Shown here: positions 45,835-47,405 of the stretch, one piece after another | How the letters are laid out: the number at the start of each line of letters is the position of its first letter | Position numbering within the stretch: position 1 is the stretch's first letter | Assembly (NCBI RefSeq): GCF_000281045.1 | Contig: NW_008246073.1 | Coordinates: forward strand, 682,693 to 730,097 | Length of the DNA: 47,405 nucleotides | Direction of reading: 5' to 3' | From: Saprolegnia diclina VS20 | Lineage: Eukaryota | The notes under the pieces: model-generated | Database searches by the model: none | What the model saw: the letters and a program-made list of their open reading frames with translations, nothing else | Told to the model about the DNA's origin: nothing | Translations under genes and position numbers: made by a program

Positions 45835-46620
45835 TTATTTCACTTGATATTGGTATGGAATAGCCGAAGTCGGAGAAAAATGACGACTTCGCGCCAAAAT
45901 GCAAAAATGGACCTGAGTATCCCGTTGTCGAATACATGGCGTCGATGAAGCGGTTTCTCTCTCCATCGACGCCGCGCTCAAGCGCTTGAAGGGTTGGCTC
46001 CGACAAGTGGAACTCGATCTCGCTCTTGGGATTGCCGTAAAAAATGCGCAAGCTGCCGCCAGAGTCGGCGCACCGCTCGTCAAAGTTGCCGAGGTACTTT
46101 GGGTCGCACTGAGCAAAGTGTTTGAGAGCCTTCTTGAATCACTTTGGGACGACGACGAGGATACGCTTGTCGAATTCCTTGTTCTGGTACTGGGCAAAAG
46201 ACGCCAGCAGGTCGCACTCCCGCAAAGCAGTGTCTCTGACTTCTTGCTACATGGACCCGTCGGCGATGACGAAGCCCTTTTTGCCGACTCGTGCTTGAAC
46301 GGTCGTGTGAGCTTCGCGAGCGCGTGCTTTCGCAGACGACGTTGTTGCCACGGAAGAAAATGACAACGTGGCTCGACTCTACGTGCCAGGGTTTCGCGCG
46401 AGATGATGACGTAGCGAGCGTCGTGCACGGCCAGGTACGCGCCGAGAAGAACGCAGTGACAGACTTGCCGACGCCAGGCGACCCCAAAAGCGCCATCGGC
46501 GCGCAGCGAGTTCGTGCTGCAGCCGCTGCATGGGCCACGACGGGGAACTTGCCATCGGGCAAAGTGCTTTCACACGCAGTGGACTTGGTATGTACAGTAC
46601 TTCATCCGGAGGCCATGCGC
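45835..46620 (-). pseudogene. Degenerate Crinkler (CRN)-like P-loop NTPase remnant
   Basis: Walker-A LLGSPGVGKS at about 46461..46490 and SGGSLRIF at about 46040..46063 lie in different minus-strand frames. No continuous ORF and no convincing introns. Confidence 0.5.
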
Positions 46621-47073
46621 GACTGTTCCGTCGCCGGCGTCCTATGGGGAGGCCGGTGCGCGTCGACGAGAAGAGAGATGAGAACGGAGGATTCACCAAG
46701 CTTACCGAAAATTTGAGCGAGGATCTGGGTTGCTAACGCGTGGGGGATCATGGTGTTGATGCTTCTAAAGCTCAAACCCAGAACTTATGCACGCTGGAGC
46801 CGACAAATTATGTACTTTGCACAGCTTGGGCCGACTCTCGCTGCAGCTATGTGGAGTAGCGCGCGAGGTATTTCGTGCAAGGACCGAGCCGCACCATTTC
46901 ATCACCTACTTGCAAGGCGCGCGGAAGCAGATTGTTCAAATTCAACGAAAATATATGCTGGATCAGCGCTGTTGCTAGCACTGTCGTGGTGATCGTTAAG
47001 GCCAGAGCCCATGGCAGCTCATGCTGGCCGTGCGCAAGATCGGAAGTGCCGGATAAACGTTTCAGCGCGCTTT

Positions 47074-47107
47074 TGATTGGTCACTACCGAAATGCAAAAG
47101 CCAATCA
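47074..47107. promoter_or_regulatory. Inverted pair of CCAAT boxes
   Basis: TGATTGG (47074..47080) and CCAATCA (47101..47107). The target gene is not identified within the window. Confidence 0.35.
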
Positions 47108-47405
47108 GAGCGCCGAATACCGGGGTCGACAACCAGTTTCATCATGCATGTCCTGTGTGGCTACACGAAACGGCATCACAAGCATACAAGCTGCAAGATT
47201 AAAGTGTAGCAGGTCGTCGGTCGAGCTGAAAATAGCCTTCGCATTCCGTACTTTCGAAAGTTGCTTGGAATGCGGTGCTTTGAGACACCACTGGGACTCC
47301 AACTTGGAAATATCGCTATCGAGCACATCACGTAACCTTAGCCGGCATGACCAGCATGAGGCGGTACTTGTGGTTCTGGAGCTTTGTGTTGCGCTTGACT
47401 GCTGC

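Noticed and set aside
1..47405. Prokaryotic-type systems (CRISPR, operons, defence islands)
   Set aside because: The sequence is eukaryotic with spliceosomal introns, and no repeat-spacer array was seen.

Overview
This is gene-dense, GC-rich eukaryotic DNA with very short (about 40-52 nt) GT-AG introns. Intron style, gene content and a Crinkler-like remnant point to an oomycete, probably Saprolegniales; this is inference, not a database result. About 17 protein-coding genes are supportable: a secreted S28 peptidase, 3-ketoacyl-CoA thiolase, an orphan multi-pass membrane protein, an ornithine-type mitochondrial carrier, a TMEM242-like protein, an orphan with an eIF5A-like C-terminal OB fold, eIF2D/ligatin, a large NZF-ARM-ANK-HECT E3 ligase, TFIIIC subunit 1, a WD40-FN3-IQ protein, a Na+/H+ exchanger, an ankyrin protein, TAF12, an apparently domesticated MULE-SWIM protein, an AVT1-like amino-acid transporter, a C2-DENN-WD40 protein and a soluble Rieske protein. 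There is also a frameshifted CRN-like P-loop remnant and a 412-nt assembly gap. I saw no rRNA, tRNA, CRISPR array or intact transposon. The most interesting leads are the hypusine-less eIF5A-like gene sitting head-to-head with eIF2D, the catalytically eroded MULE-derived gene, and the HECT ligase lacking the conserved -4 Phe. All family calls come from motif recognition by eye. Exon boundaries and several start codons are manual predictions.
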